Positions 45,458 through 56,072 are shown, counted from the first letter of the stretch. The stretch: DNA of 64,000 bases from a bacterium (GCA_031441465.1 JANOEP010000010.1:32001-96000); one strand, 5' to 3'. A program made the numbers and translations. Notes: generated from the sequence alone by a model not told the origin.

Positions 45458-47020
45458 TCAGCGGGCGAACGCCACGGCGCGCGTCTCCCGCAGCACCATG
45501 ATCTTGATCTGTCCGGGGTACTCCAGCTCGCCCTCGACCCGCCGGCTGATCTCCTCGGCCAGGACGACCGCTTCGGCGTCCGAGACCAGGCTGTGGTTGA
45601 CCAGGATGCGCACCTCGCGCCCGGCCTGGATGGCGTAGGACTTTTCCACGCCTTCGAAGCTGTCGGCGATCCGTTCGAGGCTTTCGAGGCGCTTGACGTA
45701 GTTGTCGAGGCTCTCGCGGCGGGCGCCCGGGCGCGACGCCGACACCGCGTCGGCCGCCGAAGTGAGGAAGGTGTAGACCGACTCGGCGTCGACGTCCTGG
45801 TGGTGGCCCTCGACGGCGTTGATCACCACGGTGCTCTCCCCCAGCTTGCGCAGCAGCTTGCCGCCGATCAGGGCGTGGGGTCCGTCGACCTCGTGATCGG
45901 CGGCCTTGCCGATGTCGTGCAGGAAGCCGCAGCGGCGGGCGATCTTGGGGTCGAGGCCGAGTTCCCCGGCGATCATCGCCGAGATCGCGGCCACCTCCTT
46001 GCAGTGCAGCAGCAGGTTCTGGCCGTAGCTGGTCCGGTAGTGCAGGCGCCCGATGTAGGGGTGCAGCTGCGGGTTGACGCTGGTCAGGCCGAGTTCGAGG
46101 CAGGCCTGCTCGCCGATGTCGCGGACACGCTCCTGCATCTCGGCCGTGGCCTTCTGGACGACCTCTTCGATGCGGCCCGGATGGATGCGGCCGTCGCGGA
46201 TGAGCTGCTGCAGCGACTGGCAGGCGATCTCCCGGCGGACCGGGTCGAAGCCGGAGATGATCACCGCTTCGGGGGTGTCGTCGATGATCACATCGACGCC
46301 GGTGGCCAGCTCGAAGGCGCGGATGTTGCGCCCCTCGCGCCCGATGATCCGCCCCTTCATGTCGTCGTTGGGCAGGTCGACGACCGAGACCGACATCTCG
46401 GCGATGTGCTCGGATGCGTAGCGCTGGACCGCCAAGCCGATGATCTGCTGCGATTCGCGGCGGGATTTGCGCTCCGCCTCCTCGCGGACTTCCTTGACCG
46501 TCCGGGCCGCGTTCATCCTGGCCTCGGCGATCATCTTCTCCTCGAGCTGCTGACGCGCCTTCTCGGCGCTCAGGCCGGCGATCTGCTCGAGGCGCTGCCG
46601 CTGCTCGTGCTGCAGGCGGACCCCGTCCTCGCGCATCGCGGCCACGTCGTCGAGGGCGGCCTTGAGTTCCAGGTCGCGCTTTTCGAGCTTGGCTTCCTTC
46701 TGGTCGATGTAGGCGACCTTCTTGTCGAGGCCACCGTCGCGCTGGTCCAGGAATTCCGTGCGTTTGGCCAGTTCGCGCCGGGTGTCCTCGGTTTCGGTCT
46801 CGAAGCGCCGGCGGGACTGGAACAGTTCTTCGCGGGCGCTCAATTCGGCGGATTTCAGGAGGCTCTGCGCCTCGCGCTTGGCCTCGTCGAGGACCCGCGC
46901 GCTGCGCTGCTCGGCGTCGCCGTTGAGGCGGTCGTAGCGCGATTTGTGGAGGAACCAGCCGAGGACGAGGCAGGCGCCCGCGAAGAGCGCTCCCCCGACC
47001 GCGACGATGGTCGTCGTCAT
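45458..47020 (-). CDS. rny: Ribonuclease Y
   Basis: N-terminal TM and coiled coil, KH motif KGRIIGREGRNIR, HD motif LHDIGK, SASRPGARRE, AIQAGRE. Confidence 0.97.
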   Translation of the reverse strand: MTTTIVAVGGALFAGACLVLGWFLHKSRYDRLNGDAEQRSARVLDEAKREAQSLLKSAELSAREELFQSRRRFETETEDTRRELAKRTEFLDQRDGGLDKKVAYIDQKEAKLEKRDLELKAALDDVAAMREDGVRLQHEQRQRLEQIAGLSAEKARQQLEEKMIAEARMNAARTVKEVREEAERKSRRESQQIIGLAVQRYASEHIAEMSVSVVDLPNDDMKGRIIGREGRNIRAFELATGVDVIIDDTPEAVIISGFDPVRREIACQSLQQLIRDGRIHPGRIEEVVQKATAEMQERVRDIGEQACLELGLTSVNPQLHPYIGRLHYRTSYGQNLLLHCKEVAAISAMIAGELGLDPKIARRCGFLHDIGKAADHEVDGPHALIGGKLLRKLGESTVVINAVEGHHQDVDAESVYTFLTSAADAVSASRPGARRESLDNYVKRLESLERIADSFEGVEKSYAIQAGREVRILVNHSLVSDAEAVVLAEEISRRVEGELEYPGQIKIMVLRETRAVAFAR

Positions 47021-47092
47021 GATGTATCTCCTTCCGGGAACGGAAGGAAAAAGAGGGGGGCCGGAGGTCGTCGGCAGTGCGGTCTGAATCGA

Positions 47093-47267
47093 GATTCCCC
47101 GCCGGGTCGTGTGGCCGGAAGCAATTGAACCATTGCTTCAGGTCGGGTCTCCTGCCCGCCTCTCCGGCCAACCCTTGCGGGCCCGGCCTCGGGGACGGGA
47201 CACCGGAATCCCATCACGAAATTGTTGGCTCAATGAACGCGACACATCACGGGCCAGGCAGGGAATC
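47093..47267 (-). ncRNA. ssrS: 6S RNA
   Basis: ~175 nt between zapA and rny; terminal pairing GATTCCCTGCC/GGCGGGGAATC; TTGAGCC/GGTTCAA pairing around a central bubble; conserved position after zapA. Confidence 0.85.
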
Positions 47268-47282
47268 CTTTCCGGTCGATCC

Positions 47283-47576
47283 TCAGAGCTTTTCCATCTC
47301 CTTGTCCAGGAACGCGGTGATCTGCCCTGTCCGCTCGTCGAGCAAAGAGAGGGCCTGCTGATGCTTCTGACGTTCCCGCAGCAACTCGTCGGCCAGATTC
47401 ACCGCGACCAGGATCGCCACCTTGCTGGTGGAGGCCAGGTCGGATTGGTCCGCGATCTCGCGCATCTTCTGGTCGACCAGGGCCGCGACCTTCTGGACAT
47501 AAGCCGGTTCGGCCTCACCCTTGAGGGTGTAGTCGCGGCCGTAGATGGACACCGTCACGCTTCGGGGATCGGTCAT
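47283..47576 (-). CDS. zapA: Cell division protein ZapA
   Basis: VTVSIYGRDYTL...YVQKVAALVDQKMREI...KVAILVAVNLADEL. Confidence 0.92.
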   Translation of the reverse strand: MTDPRSVTVSIYGRDYTLKGEAEPAYVQKVAALVDQKMREIADQSDLASTSKVAILVAVNLADELLRERQKHQQALSLLDERTGQITAFLDKEMEKL

Positions 47577-47652
47577 CCTGTGCACTTTCCGACGGCTCCG
47601 GCATCCTGGCGCTCGATCGCGGCCCGCGCCCGGGGCGCAGCCGACGCGATGC

Positions 47653-47925
47653 TCAGTCGATGGACTCGAGCGTCTCCAGGAGGCCTCCCACCTTCTCCTC
47701 GATGAGCCTGCGCTTGTCCTCCCAACGGGCGACAACCGCAGCCTGTTGCCGAGTTTCGGAGAGCTCCCCCTCCGCCCGGCTCACCTGGTCCTTGAGGGCT
47801 TCAACCTGCCGCTCAAGTGCGTCCCGCCGGCTGATCAGGTCCTCGTTCTCAACCTTGAGTTCCTGGATCCGCCGAATGGCGGTCATGACTTTCGCTTCCA
47901 ACAGCTCGAAGCTGTTATCCTGCAT
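47653..47925 (-). CDS. zapB: ZapB-like coiled-coil protein
   Basis: 90-aa coiled coil (FELLEAKV...LKVENEDL...KVGGLL) between pheT and zapA. Confidence 0.65.
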   Translation of the reverse strand: MQDNSFELLEAKVMTAIRRIQELKVENEDLISRRDALERQVEALKDQVSRAEGELSETRQQAAVVARWEDKRRLIEEKVGGLLETLESID

Positions 47926-47981
47926 CTCTTGAATCGCTTTCCAGTTAGGGGATCTGATTCGCCGACCACCCGAAGATGCGG

Positions 47982-50441
47982 CTATCCCCTCAACTCAACA
48001 TTCAAGGTCTGGGCGAGCGCCCTCGTGACGGCCTCGACGGCCGCATCGACGGCTTTCCCCTGCAAGCTACCCTTGGCGCTCTGGAACTTCAAGCGAATTC
48101 CACAGGCGGCGCGCCCCTCGCCCAGGCTGGGCCCCCGGTAGATGTCGAACAGGACACAGGACTGCAGCAGCGGCCCCGCCGCGGACCGCACGACCTCTTC
48201 CACCCGGTCGTAACCCACCCCGTCGGGCACCAGCAGCGACAGGTCCCGTTTGGCGGCCGGGAAGCGTGAGAAGGCCGCAAAGCGCGGCGCCGCCGACGCC
48301 AGGTCCAAGCGCCCGAGTTCCAGCTCGCACAGAGCCACCGGAGCGTCCAATTCCATTTCCCGCAGCGTCTTGCGCGCCAGGAGACCGGCGCTGCCGGCGA
48401 GCCGGCCCTGGCCGTCGCTGATCGCCCACTGGCAACCGGACTGCAGGTAGGGCTCCGCGTCGGACGGCGACAGGGTCAGCACGAGCCGCATCTGGGAAGC
48501 GAGCGCTTCGACCAGGCCCTTGATCTCCAGCATCCCGGCGTCGGCGTCGCCCAGGGCCCGGTCGGTGCGGCCGATCACGGCGGCCTGGAGCGTCCAGGTC
48601 TCCTGCGGGAGGCGTCGCTCGTCCTCGTGGCGCACATCCGCCGATCGTTCGCCGCCCGGCAGGTAGGCCTTGTTCAGCTGGAACAGACGGAAGGGCAGGT
48701 CATGGTCCGCGTTCACGTTGTGGCGGGCGATGCGCAGCAGGGACGGCACGAGGGTCGTGCGCAGCAGGGTCTCGGCCCCGGAGTGGGGGTTGCGGACGGC
48801 CAGCATCTCGCGCCGCAGATCGTCGGCCGGCAGCCCGAGGCGGTCCAGGTCGGCGCGCTCCATGAACGAACTGGTGACGACCTCGCTGTAACCGACCGCG
48901 GCCAGGTAGCCGCGCACGGTCTCGGCCAGCTCGTCCTGCTGGCGCCGCCGCACTCCGGCACCGCCGCGGAAGGCCGCGCCGTCGGCGATGTTGTCGAAGC
49001 CGTGCATGCGGGCGATCTCCTCGATGAGATCGACTTCCTCGTGCAGGTCGCGCCGGAAGCTGGGGATGGTGACCATGAACTTGCCGTCGCCCCCTTGCCG
49101 GCCGCCGCTGCGGCCCACGGGTTGCGACTTGAGGCCGATCGACTGCAGGTACGCGAGCATCTCGGACATCGAGAGTTCCGTGCCGAGCAGGCGGTTGGCC
49201 TGGGCGACGCGCATGGTCAGCGGCGCCGGCTCGCGCCGGTCCGGGTTCTGCCGATCCACCACGGTGGGATCGATGCGCGCGCTCGCCAGTTCCTGCAACA
49301 GGTGCAGGGCTCGGTGGGCGGCATCCTCGACCGCTTCCCAATCGGCGCCCCGCTCGAAACGGTAGGAAGCCTCGGTGGACAGCTGGTGACGCTTGGCGCC
49401 GCGGCGCACGGCGCCGGGGTCGAAGTAGGCGCTCTCGAGCAGGATCTCCACCGTGTTGACGTCGACCTGGGAGTCCCCGCCGCCGATCACGCCGGCCAGC
49501 GCGACCGGCCCCGCGGCGTCGGCGATCACGAGGTCGTCGGGCGACAGTTCCCGCACCACGCCGTCGAGGGTGGTGAGCCTGGTGCCGGCCTTGCCGCGCC
49601 GCACGTACAGGCGGTTGCCGGAGAGCTTCTTCAGGTCGAAGGCGTGCAGGGGCTGCCCCAGCTCCAGCAGGACGTAGTTGGTCACGTCCACCACGTTGTT
49701 GATGGGCCGCGCGCCCACCGCGAGCAACCGGTCCTGGAGCCAGCGGGGCGACGGGCCGATCTTCACCCCGCGCGCCACGTGGGCGGTGTACCGCGGGCAG
49801 TCGGCGAAGTCGGCGATCTCGACCGGGAAGTCGGGGCGGTCCCCGCCCGTCTTGGGCGGCGACCAGAGCGCGGGCCCGTCCAGCAGGTGGCCGGAGATGG
49901 CCGCCACCTCGCGGGCGACGCCGAAGTGGCTGAGCCAGTCGGGGCGGTTGGGGGTCACCTCGATGTCCAGCACGGTGTCGCGGCAGCCGATCAGCTCGTC
50001 GGCGGGCGTGCCGGGAACCGGAGTCCCCTCCAAAACCAGGATGCCGTCGCTCTGCGGGGCGAGTTGCAGTTCGACGGCCGAACAGATCATGCCGTGGGAT
50101 TCCACGCCGCGGATCTTGGACTTGCGGATGCGCAGGTCGCCCGGCAGGACGGACCCGACGCGGGCCAGGAACACGTCCTGCCCCGCCTGCACGTTGGCGG
50201 CGCCGCAGACGACCTGCAGCGGCTCCCCCGTGCCATCGTCGACCGTGCAGAGGCTGAGCTTGTCGGCGTCGGGATGGCGGCGGCAGTCGGTCACCCGGGC
50301 CGTGACGACGCCGGGAAACTCGCGCACGTACGGGGTCACGGACTCGACGTTGAGACCGGCCATGGTCAGGCGGTGGGCCAACTCCTCGGGGGCCCATTCC
50401 CACGTCACGAAGTCGCGCAGCCAGTTCAGACTGATCTTCAC
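47982..50441 (-). CDS. pheT: Phenylalanine-tRNA ligase beta subunit
   Basis: KISLNWL, HPDADKL, VVCGA, TPNRPD, NNVVDVTNYV, GQPLHAFD, EEVDLIEEIAR, RFPAAKRDLS; GTG start overlaps pheS stop. Confidence 0.97.
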   Translation of the reverse strand: MKISLNWLRDFVTWEWAPEELAHRLTMAGLNVESVTPYVREFPGVVTARVTDCRRHPDADKLSLCTVDDGTGEPLQVVCGAANVQAGQDVFLARVGSVLPGDLRIRKSKIRGVESHGMICSAVELQLAPQSDGILVLEGTPVPGTPADELIGCRDTVLDIEVTPNRPDWLSHFGVAREVAAISGHLLDGPALWSPPKTGGDRPDFPVEIADFADCPRYTAHVARGVKIGPSPRWLQDRLLAVGARPINNVVDVTNYVLLELGQPLHAFDLKKLSGNRLYVRRGKAGTRLTTLDGVVRELSPDDLVIADAAGPVALAGVIGGGDSQVDVNTVEILLESAYFDPGAVRRGAKRHQLSTEASYRFERGADWEAVEDAAHRALHLLQELASARIDPTVVDRQNPDRREPAPLTMRVAQANRLLGTELSMSEMLAYLQSIGLKSQPVGRSGGRQGGDGKFMVTIPSFRRDLHEEVDLIEEIARMHGFDNIADGAAFRGGAGVRRRQQDELAETVRGYLAAVGYSEVVTSSFMERADLDRLGLPADDLRREMLAVRNPHSGAETLLRTTLVPSLLRIARHNVNADHDLPFRLFQLNKAYLPGGERSADVRHEDERRLPQETWTLQAAVIGRTDRALGDADAGMLEIKGLVEALASQMRLVLTLSPSDAEPYLQSGCQWAISDGQGRLAGSAGLLARKTLREMELDAPVALCELELGRLDLASAAPRFAAFSRFPAAKRDLSLLVPDGVGYDRVEEVVRSAAGPLLQSCVLFDIYRGPSLGEGRAACGIRLKFQSAKGSLQGKAVDAAVEAVTRALAQTLNVELRG

Positions 50442-51466
50442 CGCACACCCCGGAACTGATGGAGGAAGCGCAGGTCGTTCTCGTACAGCAGGCGGATGTC
50501 GTCGATGCCGTAGCGCAGCATGGCGATGCGGTCGATCCCCAGCCCGAAGGCGAACCCCGTGTAGGCGTCCCGCTCGTAGCCGGCGGCGGCGAACACGTTG
50601 GGGTGCACCATGCCGGCTCCCATGATCTCGATCCAGCCCGTGCGCCCGCAGACGTTGCAGCCGGCGCCGGCGCAGGCGAAGCAGCGCATGTCCACCTCGA
50701 CCGACGGCTCGGTGAAGGGGAAGAAGTGCGGCCGGAAACGGATGGTGCATTCGGAGCCGTACAGCAGGCGCAGGAACTCGCGCACGGTCGTCTTGAGGTC
50801 GGCCAGCGTGACGTCCTTGTCCACGCAGAGGCCCTCGATCTGGAAGAACTCGGCGGCGTGCGAGGCGTCGATCGCCTCGTTGCGGTACACGCGGCCGGGC
50901 GCGACGATCGCCAGCGGGGGGCGGTGCCGCTCCATGAAGCGCACCTGCACCGGCGACGTCTGCGTGCGCAGCAGCAGCTGGTCGTCGATGTAGAACGTGT
51001 CCTGGCTGTCGCGGGCCGGGTGGTCGTCGGGGAAGTTCAGGGCCGTGAAGTTGTACCAGTCGAGTTCGACATCCGGGCCGCCGGCCACGCTGAAACCCAT
51101 GCCGTGGAAGATGTCGCAGACTTCGCGCACGATCGCGGGCAGGGGGTGCAGCGAGCCCGCGGGGGCGGGCGGCGTGCCGGGCAGGCTCAGGTCCGCGCCG
51201 GCGCCGACGATGCGGTCGCCGGCCGTCAGCAGGCCCTCCGTCTTGTGCAGCAGGGCGTCCTCGAGTTCCTGCTTCAGCACGTTGAGGGCCGCACCCGCGG
51301 CGGGCCGCTCCGCGTCGGGCACCTCGCGCAAACCGCGCAGCAGCCCGGTCAAGGAACCCTTGCGCCCGAACAGCGCGATCCGCACCTGCTCGATGGCCGG
51401 TTCCGTATCCGCGCCCTCGATCAGGGCGAGGCCTTCGGCACGCAGGCGGTCCAGCGTCTCCCGCAT
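50438..51466 (-). CDS. pheS: Phenylalanine-tRNA ligase alpha subunit
   Basis: NFTALNFPDDHPARDSQDTFY, LLRTQTSPVQ, FPFTEPS, GWIEIMGAGMVHP, GFAFGLG. Confidence 0.98.
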   Translation of the reverse strand: MRETLDRLRAEGLALIEGADTEPAIEQVRIALFGRKGSLTGLLRGLREVPDAERPAAGAALNVLKQELEDALLHKTEGLLTAGDRIVGAGADLSLPGTPPAPAGSLHPLPAIVREVCDIFHGMGFSVAGGPDVELDWYNFTALNFPDDHPARDSQDTFYIDDQLLLRTQTSPVQVRFMERHRPPLAIVAPGRVYRNEAIDASHAAEFFQIEGLCVDKDVTLADLKTTVREFLRLLYGSECTIRFRPHFFPFTEPSVEVDMRCFACAGAGCNVCGRTGWIEIMGAGMVHPNVFAAAGYERDAYTGFAFGLGIDRIAMLRYGIDDIRLLYENDLRFLHQFRGVR

Positions 51467-51488
51467 CGCTCCTCCTCGTCGTGCGCGG

Positions 51489-51842
51489 CTACAGTGCGGC
51501 GCGTGCCGCTTCGGCCAGCTTGGCGAAGCTGTCCATGTCGCGGACGGCGAGGTCGGCCAGCTGCTTGCGGTCGATCTCGATGCTGGCCTTCTTCAGGCCG
51601 CTGATGAGGTGGCTGTAGCTCAGACCGTGGATGCGGGCCGCGGCGTTGATGCGGATGATCCAGAGGCGGCGGAAGTCCCGCTTGCGCCGCTTGCGGTCGC
51701 GGTACTCGGACACCAGCCCGCGCTCGACCTGCTGGCGGGCCATCCGGAACTGGTTGCCGCGGCCGGCCACGTTCCCGCTGGCCGCCTTCATCACCTTGTT
51801 GCGCTTCGCGTGCGCCGCGGGGTTGTTCCTCGCTCTCGACAT
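51489..51842 (-). CDS. rplT: 50S ribosomal protein L20
   Basis: [24 protein letters not shown]...YS...[10 protein letters not shown]. Confidence 0.96.
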   Translation of the reverse strand: MSRARNNPAAHAKRNKVMKAASGNVAGRGNQFRMARQQVERGLVSEYRDRKRRKRDFRRLWIIRINAAARIHGLSYSHLISGLKKASIEIDRKQLADLAVRDMDSFAKLAEAARAAL

Positions 51843-51902
51843 GTCTCTATCTCCTGCTCGGGTTGGGAGGTCCTGCCTGTCGCCTTCCCGGCGACGGCAA
51901 TT

Positions 51903-52106
51903 CTACTTGCCGGCCAGCATCCGGTCGACGCGGCCCAGATCGGCGCGGTCGAGCATGGCCGTCTTGCGCAGGCTGCGCTTGCGCTTGGGGCTCTTGGCCG
52001 TGAACAGGTGCCCGTGGTAGGCGTGGCTGCGCTTGACGCCGCCGGAGCCGGTGCGCTTGAAGCGCTTCGCGGCGGAGCGGTTGGTCTTCATCTTCGGACC
52101 CTTCAT
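51903..52106 (-). CDS. rpmI: 50S ribosomal protein L35
   Basis: [19 protein letters not shown]...KSPKRKRSL. Confidence 0.96.
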   Translation of the reverse strand: MKGPKMKTNRSAAKRFKRTGSGGVKRSHAYHGHLFTAKSPKRKRSLRKTAMLDRADLGRVDRMLAGK

Positions 52107-52188
52107 GATGTCTCACCTTTCACACGCGGCGCGTGACCATGACCGGAGGGGCCGCGCCGTGCCGCTCCCGTCGCTGCGTTGGCGATCC

Positions 52189-52710
<522 letters not shown>

Positions 52711-52751
52711 CGCCCAACCTCCTGAAAAGACCGTGCGGCGCGGCGCCACAC

Positions 52752-52842
52752 AAAAAAAGCGGACATGACGGTCCGCTACGATGAACGCGCAACCGTTCCC
52801 GCCGCGAAGGGGGCAAAACGGTGAGAGGACCGGCCTCTACTT
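52752..52842 (-). promoter_or_regulatory. L20-type leader / attenuator upstream of infC-rpmI-rplT
   Basis: AAGTAGAGGCCGGTCCTCTCACC hairpin, then terminator GCGGAC-CGTCAT-GTCCGC-T7; CGGTCC can pair alternatively with GGACCG. Confidence 0.65.
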
Positions 52843-52884
52843 GGCTCGTGATGTCGCGCCCGGCGATCCGGGCACCGGACCAAT

Positions 52885-54804
52885 CTACAGCTTGCGGGCC
52901 ACTTCGTCAAGCCGGGAGGCGGCGAACTCCGCCACCGTCTGGACCCCCAGGTCCCCGCCGCGCCGGGCGCGGACGGACACGGTCCCGGCCCCCTGCTCCT
53001 TGCCCCCCACCACCAGCATGTAGGGCACGCGCATGGTCTCGGCGTCGCGGATCTTGTGCCCGATCTTCTCCTCGCGGACGTCCGCCTGGGCCCGCAGGCC
53101 GGCAGCGGTCAGCTGGGCGGCGACCTCGCCGGCGTAGGCGTGCTGGTCGCGGCTGACGGACAGGATCCGGCACTGCTCCGGCGCCAGCCAGAGGGGGAAA
53201 TCGCCCGCGTAGTGCTCGGTCAGGATGCCGATGAAGCGCTCCAGCGAGCCCATGATCGCCCGGTGCACCATGTAGACGTACTTCTCCTGCCCGTCCTGGT
53301 CGACGTAGTTCACTTCGAAACGCCGCGGCAGGTTGAAGTCGAACTGGACGGTCGTGGCCTGCCACTTGCGGCCCAGGGCGTCGATCAGCTTGATGTCGAT
53401 CTTGGGCCCGTAGAAGACGGCCTCGCCCTCCTCGCGCGTGTAGGCGAACCCGTGCGCCTCGATGGCGCGCAGCAGCGCCCGCTCCGCCATCTCCCACTCC
53501 TCGTCCGTGCCGGCGTACTTGTCCTTGTTCAGCGGGTCGCGGACCGACAGCTCGACCTTGAACTCGTGGAAGCCGAAGGCCCCAAGGATCTCCCGGGTCA
53601 GCACCAGGACGTTGTTCACCTCGCGCTCGAGCTGGTCGGGGGTGCAGAAGATGTGGGCGTCGTCCTGGGTGAAGCCGCGCACGCGCATCAGCCCGTGCAG
53701 GGTCCCCTTCAGCTCGGCGCGGTAGACGGTGCCCAGCTCGGCGTAGCGCACCGGCAGGTTCCGGTAGCTGCGCTTCTTGCGCTTGTAGATCAGGATGTGG
53801 CCGGGGCAGTTCATCGGCTTCACGACGTGCGGCCGGCCGTCCTGCTCGAACACGTACATGTTCTCGCGGTAGAACTGCATGTGGCCCGACGTGTCCCAGA
53901 GGTCGGCCTGCGAGATGTGGGGGGTCGTCACCGTGACGTAGCCGTCGCGCCGGTGGACCTGCTTCCAGTAGGTGATGATCTCGTCGCGCAGGATGTCGCC
54001 GCGGGGGAACCAGAACGAGAGGCCGGGCCCGGCCTCGTCCATGATGCCGTAGAGATCGAGTTCGCGGCCGAGCTTGCGGTGGTCCCGGCGGCGGGCCTCC
54101 TCGAGCATCAGCAGGTGGGCATCGAGGTCCTTCTTCTTGAAGAAGGCCGTGCCGTAGATCCGCTGCAGCTGGCGGTTCGCGCTGTCGCCGCGCCAGTAGG
54201 CGCCGGCCATGTTCAGCAGCTTGACCGCCTTCAGCTCGGAGGTGTCCGGGACGTGCGGGCCCTCGCACAGGTCCGTGAAGGCGCCCATGGCGTAGGCCGA
54301 CAGCCGGACGTCGCCGAGGCTTTCGATCTGCTCGAGCTTGTAGGGCTGGGCGGCGAACAGGGCGCGCGCCTCCCCCGCGTCGATCTCGCGGCGCAGCACC
54401 GGCGCCTTCGTCGCGGCGAGTTCGATCATCCGCGCCTCGATGCGGGCCAGGTCCTCGTCGGTGAAGGGCTGCTCGCGGTCGAAGTCGTAGTAGAAGCCGT
54501 TCTCCACGGGCGGGCCGAAGGCGAACTTCGTCTCCGGGAACAGGTCCTGCACCGCCCAGGCCAGCAGGTGCGCGGCCGAGTGGCGCAGGGCGTCCAGGCC
54601 CGCGGGCGATTCGCGCGTGATGACGGCGAGGGACCCGTCGCCCGGGACCGCGTCCTCGAGCGCGTAGTGGCGCCCCGCGTGGGTCACGGCCAGCGCGTTG
54701 CGCAGCAGGCCCGCGCCGATGCCGCCCACCACGTCGCGGAACGATGCGCCGGCCTCGGCGCGCTGGACGGAACCGTCGGGCAGGGTCAGGGAGAACTGGG
54801 CCAT
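52885..54804 (-). CDS. thrS: Threonine-tRNA ligase
   Basis: TLPDGS (TGS), RHSAAHL, DLCEGPHV, GAYWRGDS, RDHRKLG, KPMNCPGH, RVRGFTQDDAHIFC, HRAIMGSLERF. Confidence 0.98.
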   Translation of the reverse strand: MAQFSLTLPDGSVQRAEAGASFRDVVGGIGAGLLRNALAVTHAGRHYALEDAVPGDGSLAVITRESPAGLDALRHSAAHLLAWAVQDLFPETKFAFGPPVENGFYYDFDREQPFTDEDLARIEARMIELAATKAPVLRREIDAGEARALFAAQPYKLEQIESLGDVRLSAYAMGAFTDLCEGPHVPDTSELKAVKLLNMAGAYWRGDSANRQLQRIYGTAFFKKKDLDAHLLMLEEARRRDHRKLGRELDLYGIMDEAGPGLSFWFPRGDILRDEIITYWKQVHRRDGYVTVTTPHISQADLWDTSGHMQFYRENMYVFEQDGRPHVVKPMNCPGHILIYKRKKRSYRNLPVRYAELGTVYRAELKGTLHGLMRVRGFTQDDAHIFCTPDQLEREVNNVLVLTREILGAFGFHEFKVELSVRDPLNKDKYAGTDEEWEMAERALLRAIEAHGFAYTREEGEAVFYGPKIDIKLIDALGRKWQATTVQFDFNLPRRFEVNYVDQDGQEKYVYMVHRAIMGSLERFIGILTEHYAGDFPLWLAPEQCRILSVSRDQHAYAGEVAAQLTAAGLRAQADVREEKIGHKIRDAETMRVPYMLVVGGKEQGAGTVSVRARRGGDLGVQTVAEFAASRLDEVARKL

Positions 54805-54872
54805 GACTGCGCTCCTGAGGCGGCGCCGTCGCGACGGCGCCCGGTAAGTCGATCCCATCGTCCGCGGTACTT

Positions 54873-54906
54873 AAAAAGATGAGGTGATCCCGGGGGCCAC
54901 CTCATC
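54873..54906 (-). terminator. Terminator after tRNA-Val
   Basis: GATGAGGTG...CACCTCATC stem followed by TTTTT on the - strand. Confidence 0.7.
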
Positions 54907-54919
54907 CTTGGCAACTGAT

Positions 54920-54996
54920 TGGTGGGCGATACTGGATTCGAACCAGTGACCCCTTGCGTGTCGAGCAAGTACTCTAGCCAACTGAGCTAATCGCCC
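54920..54996 (-). tRNA. tRNA-Val (GAC)
   Basis: Acceptor GGGCGAT/ATCGCCC, anticodon arm CTTGC-TCGACAC-GCAAG, encoded CCA. Confidence 0.93.
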
Positions 54997-55062
54997 ACTT
55001 TCGAGCAGGTCGAACCTGCGCGCCGCCGAAACTAGGCCCCGGCGACGGGCCTGTCAACCCCT

Positions 55063-55920
55063 TTAGGACAGATAGTCGACCAGCCGGCCGCCGGCGACGG
55101 CCTGCCGGATCCTGCCGAGCGCCTGGTTGCGGATCTGGCGGACCCGCTCACGGCTGAGGTCGATGTCCTGACCGATGACCTCGAGGGACTGCGGCTCGTC
55201 CTCACCGATCCCGTAGTAGCGCACGATGATGCTGCGCTCGCGCGGCGAAAGCAGCCCCAGGGCCGCCTCCATCTCCTTGAGCATCTCGCCCTCGACGAAG
55301 TTCGACTCGGGCGACATGGCGTCCGGGTCGGTGAGCGTGTCGGCGAGGGTCACGCCCTCCTCCTCGTAGACGCTCTCGTCGAGGCTGGCCAGCGGACGGC
55401 TCGCGTTGCGGATCTGGTTCATCTTGCGCGTCGTGAGGCCCAGCTCGGAGGCGATCTCCTGCTCGTCCGCCTTGCGGTGGTGCTTCTGCTCGAGGCGCTG
55501 GGCCGCCTTCTTCATGCGCTGGGCCTGCTGCGTGCGGTTGATGGGCAGGCGCACGGTGTTGGTCTGCTCGGCGATGGCCTTCTGGATGGCCTGGCGGATC
55601 CACCAGACGGCGTAGGAGATGAACCGGAAGTCGCGGCGCTCGTCGAAGCGCTTCGCGGCCGTGATCAAGCCGATGTTGCCCTCGGCGATCAGGTCCATGT
55701 AGCTGAGGCCCTGGTTGAGGAACTTCTTGGCCACGCTCACCACGAACCTGAGGTTGGCGTTGACCAGATGGTCGAGGGCTTCCTTGCTGCCGACCCGGAT
55801 CCGGCGGGCCAGCTCGAATTCCTCTTCCTTGGTCAGCAGCTTGTACTGGCCGATGGTCTGCAGGTAGTGCTGCAGGCTGGAATCCTCGCGTCGGTCGCTG
55901 CTCAGCTCGATCTCGTACAC
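55063..55920 (-). CDS. RpoD/SigA-family sigma-70 factor lacking region 1.1
   Basis: YLQTIGQYKLLT, LVNANLRFVVSVAKK, DLIAEGNIGL, FISYAVWWIRQAI, VRLPIN, SRERVRQI; GTG at 55920 after GAGGAGG. Confidence 0.92.
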   Translation of the reverse strand: MYEIELSSDRREDSSLQHYLQTIGQYKLLTKEEEFELARRIRVGSKEALDHLVNANLRFVVSVAKKFLNQGLSYMDLIAEGNIGLITAAKRFDERRDFRFISYAVWWIRQAIQKAIAEQTNTVRLPINRTQQAQRMKKAAQRLEQKHHRKADEQEIASELGLTTRKMNQIRNASRPLASLDESVYEEEGVTLADTLTDPDAMSPESNFVEGEMLKEMEAALGLLSPRERSIIVRYYGIGEDEPQSLEVIGQDIDLSRERVRQIRNQALGRIRQAVAGGRLVDYLS

Positions 55921-56072
55921 GGCTGTCCTCCTCGCTCCGCCCGCCCTGCCGGTTTCCCGGTCCGTCCCACCGACCGGCTGCCGCCGATCTTGTGGTCCTG
56001 AGAACGCATCCCGGTGATCCAGGTTCCCACTTTCGTGACTTTGAATATTGTATTCAATATCGCGACGCAAGA

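Noticed and set aside
50640..50690. CxxC-x-CxxC motif in PheS
   Set aside because: A common insertion in many bacterial PheS proteins; not unusual
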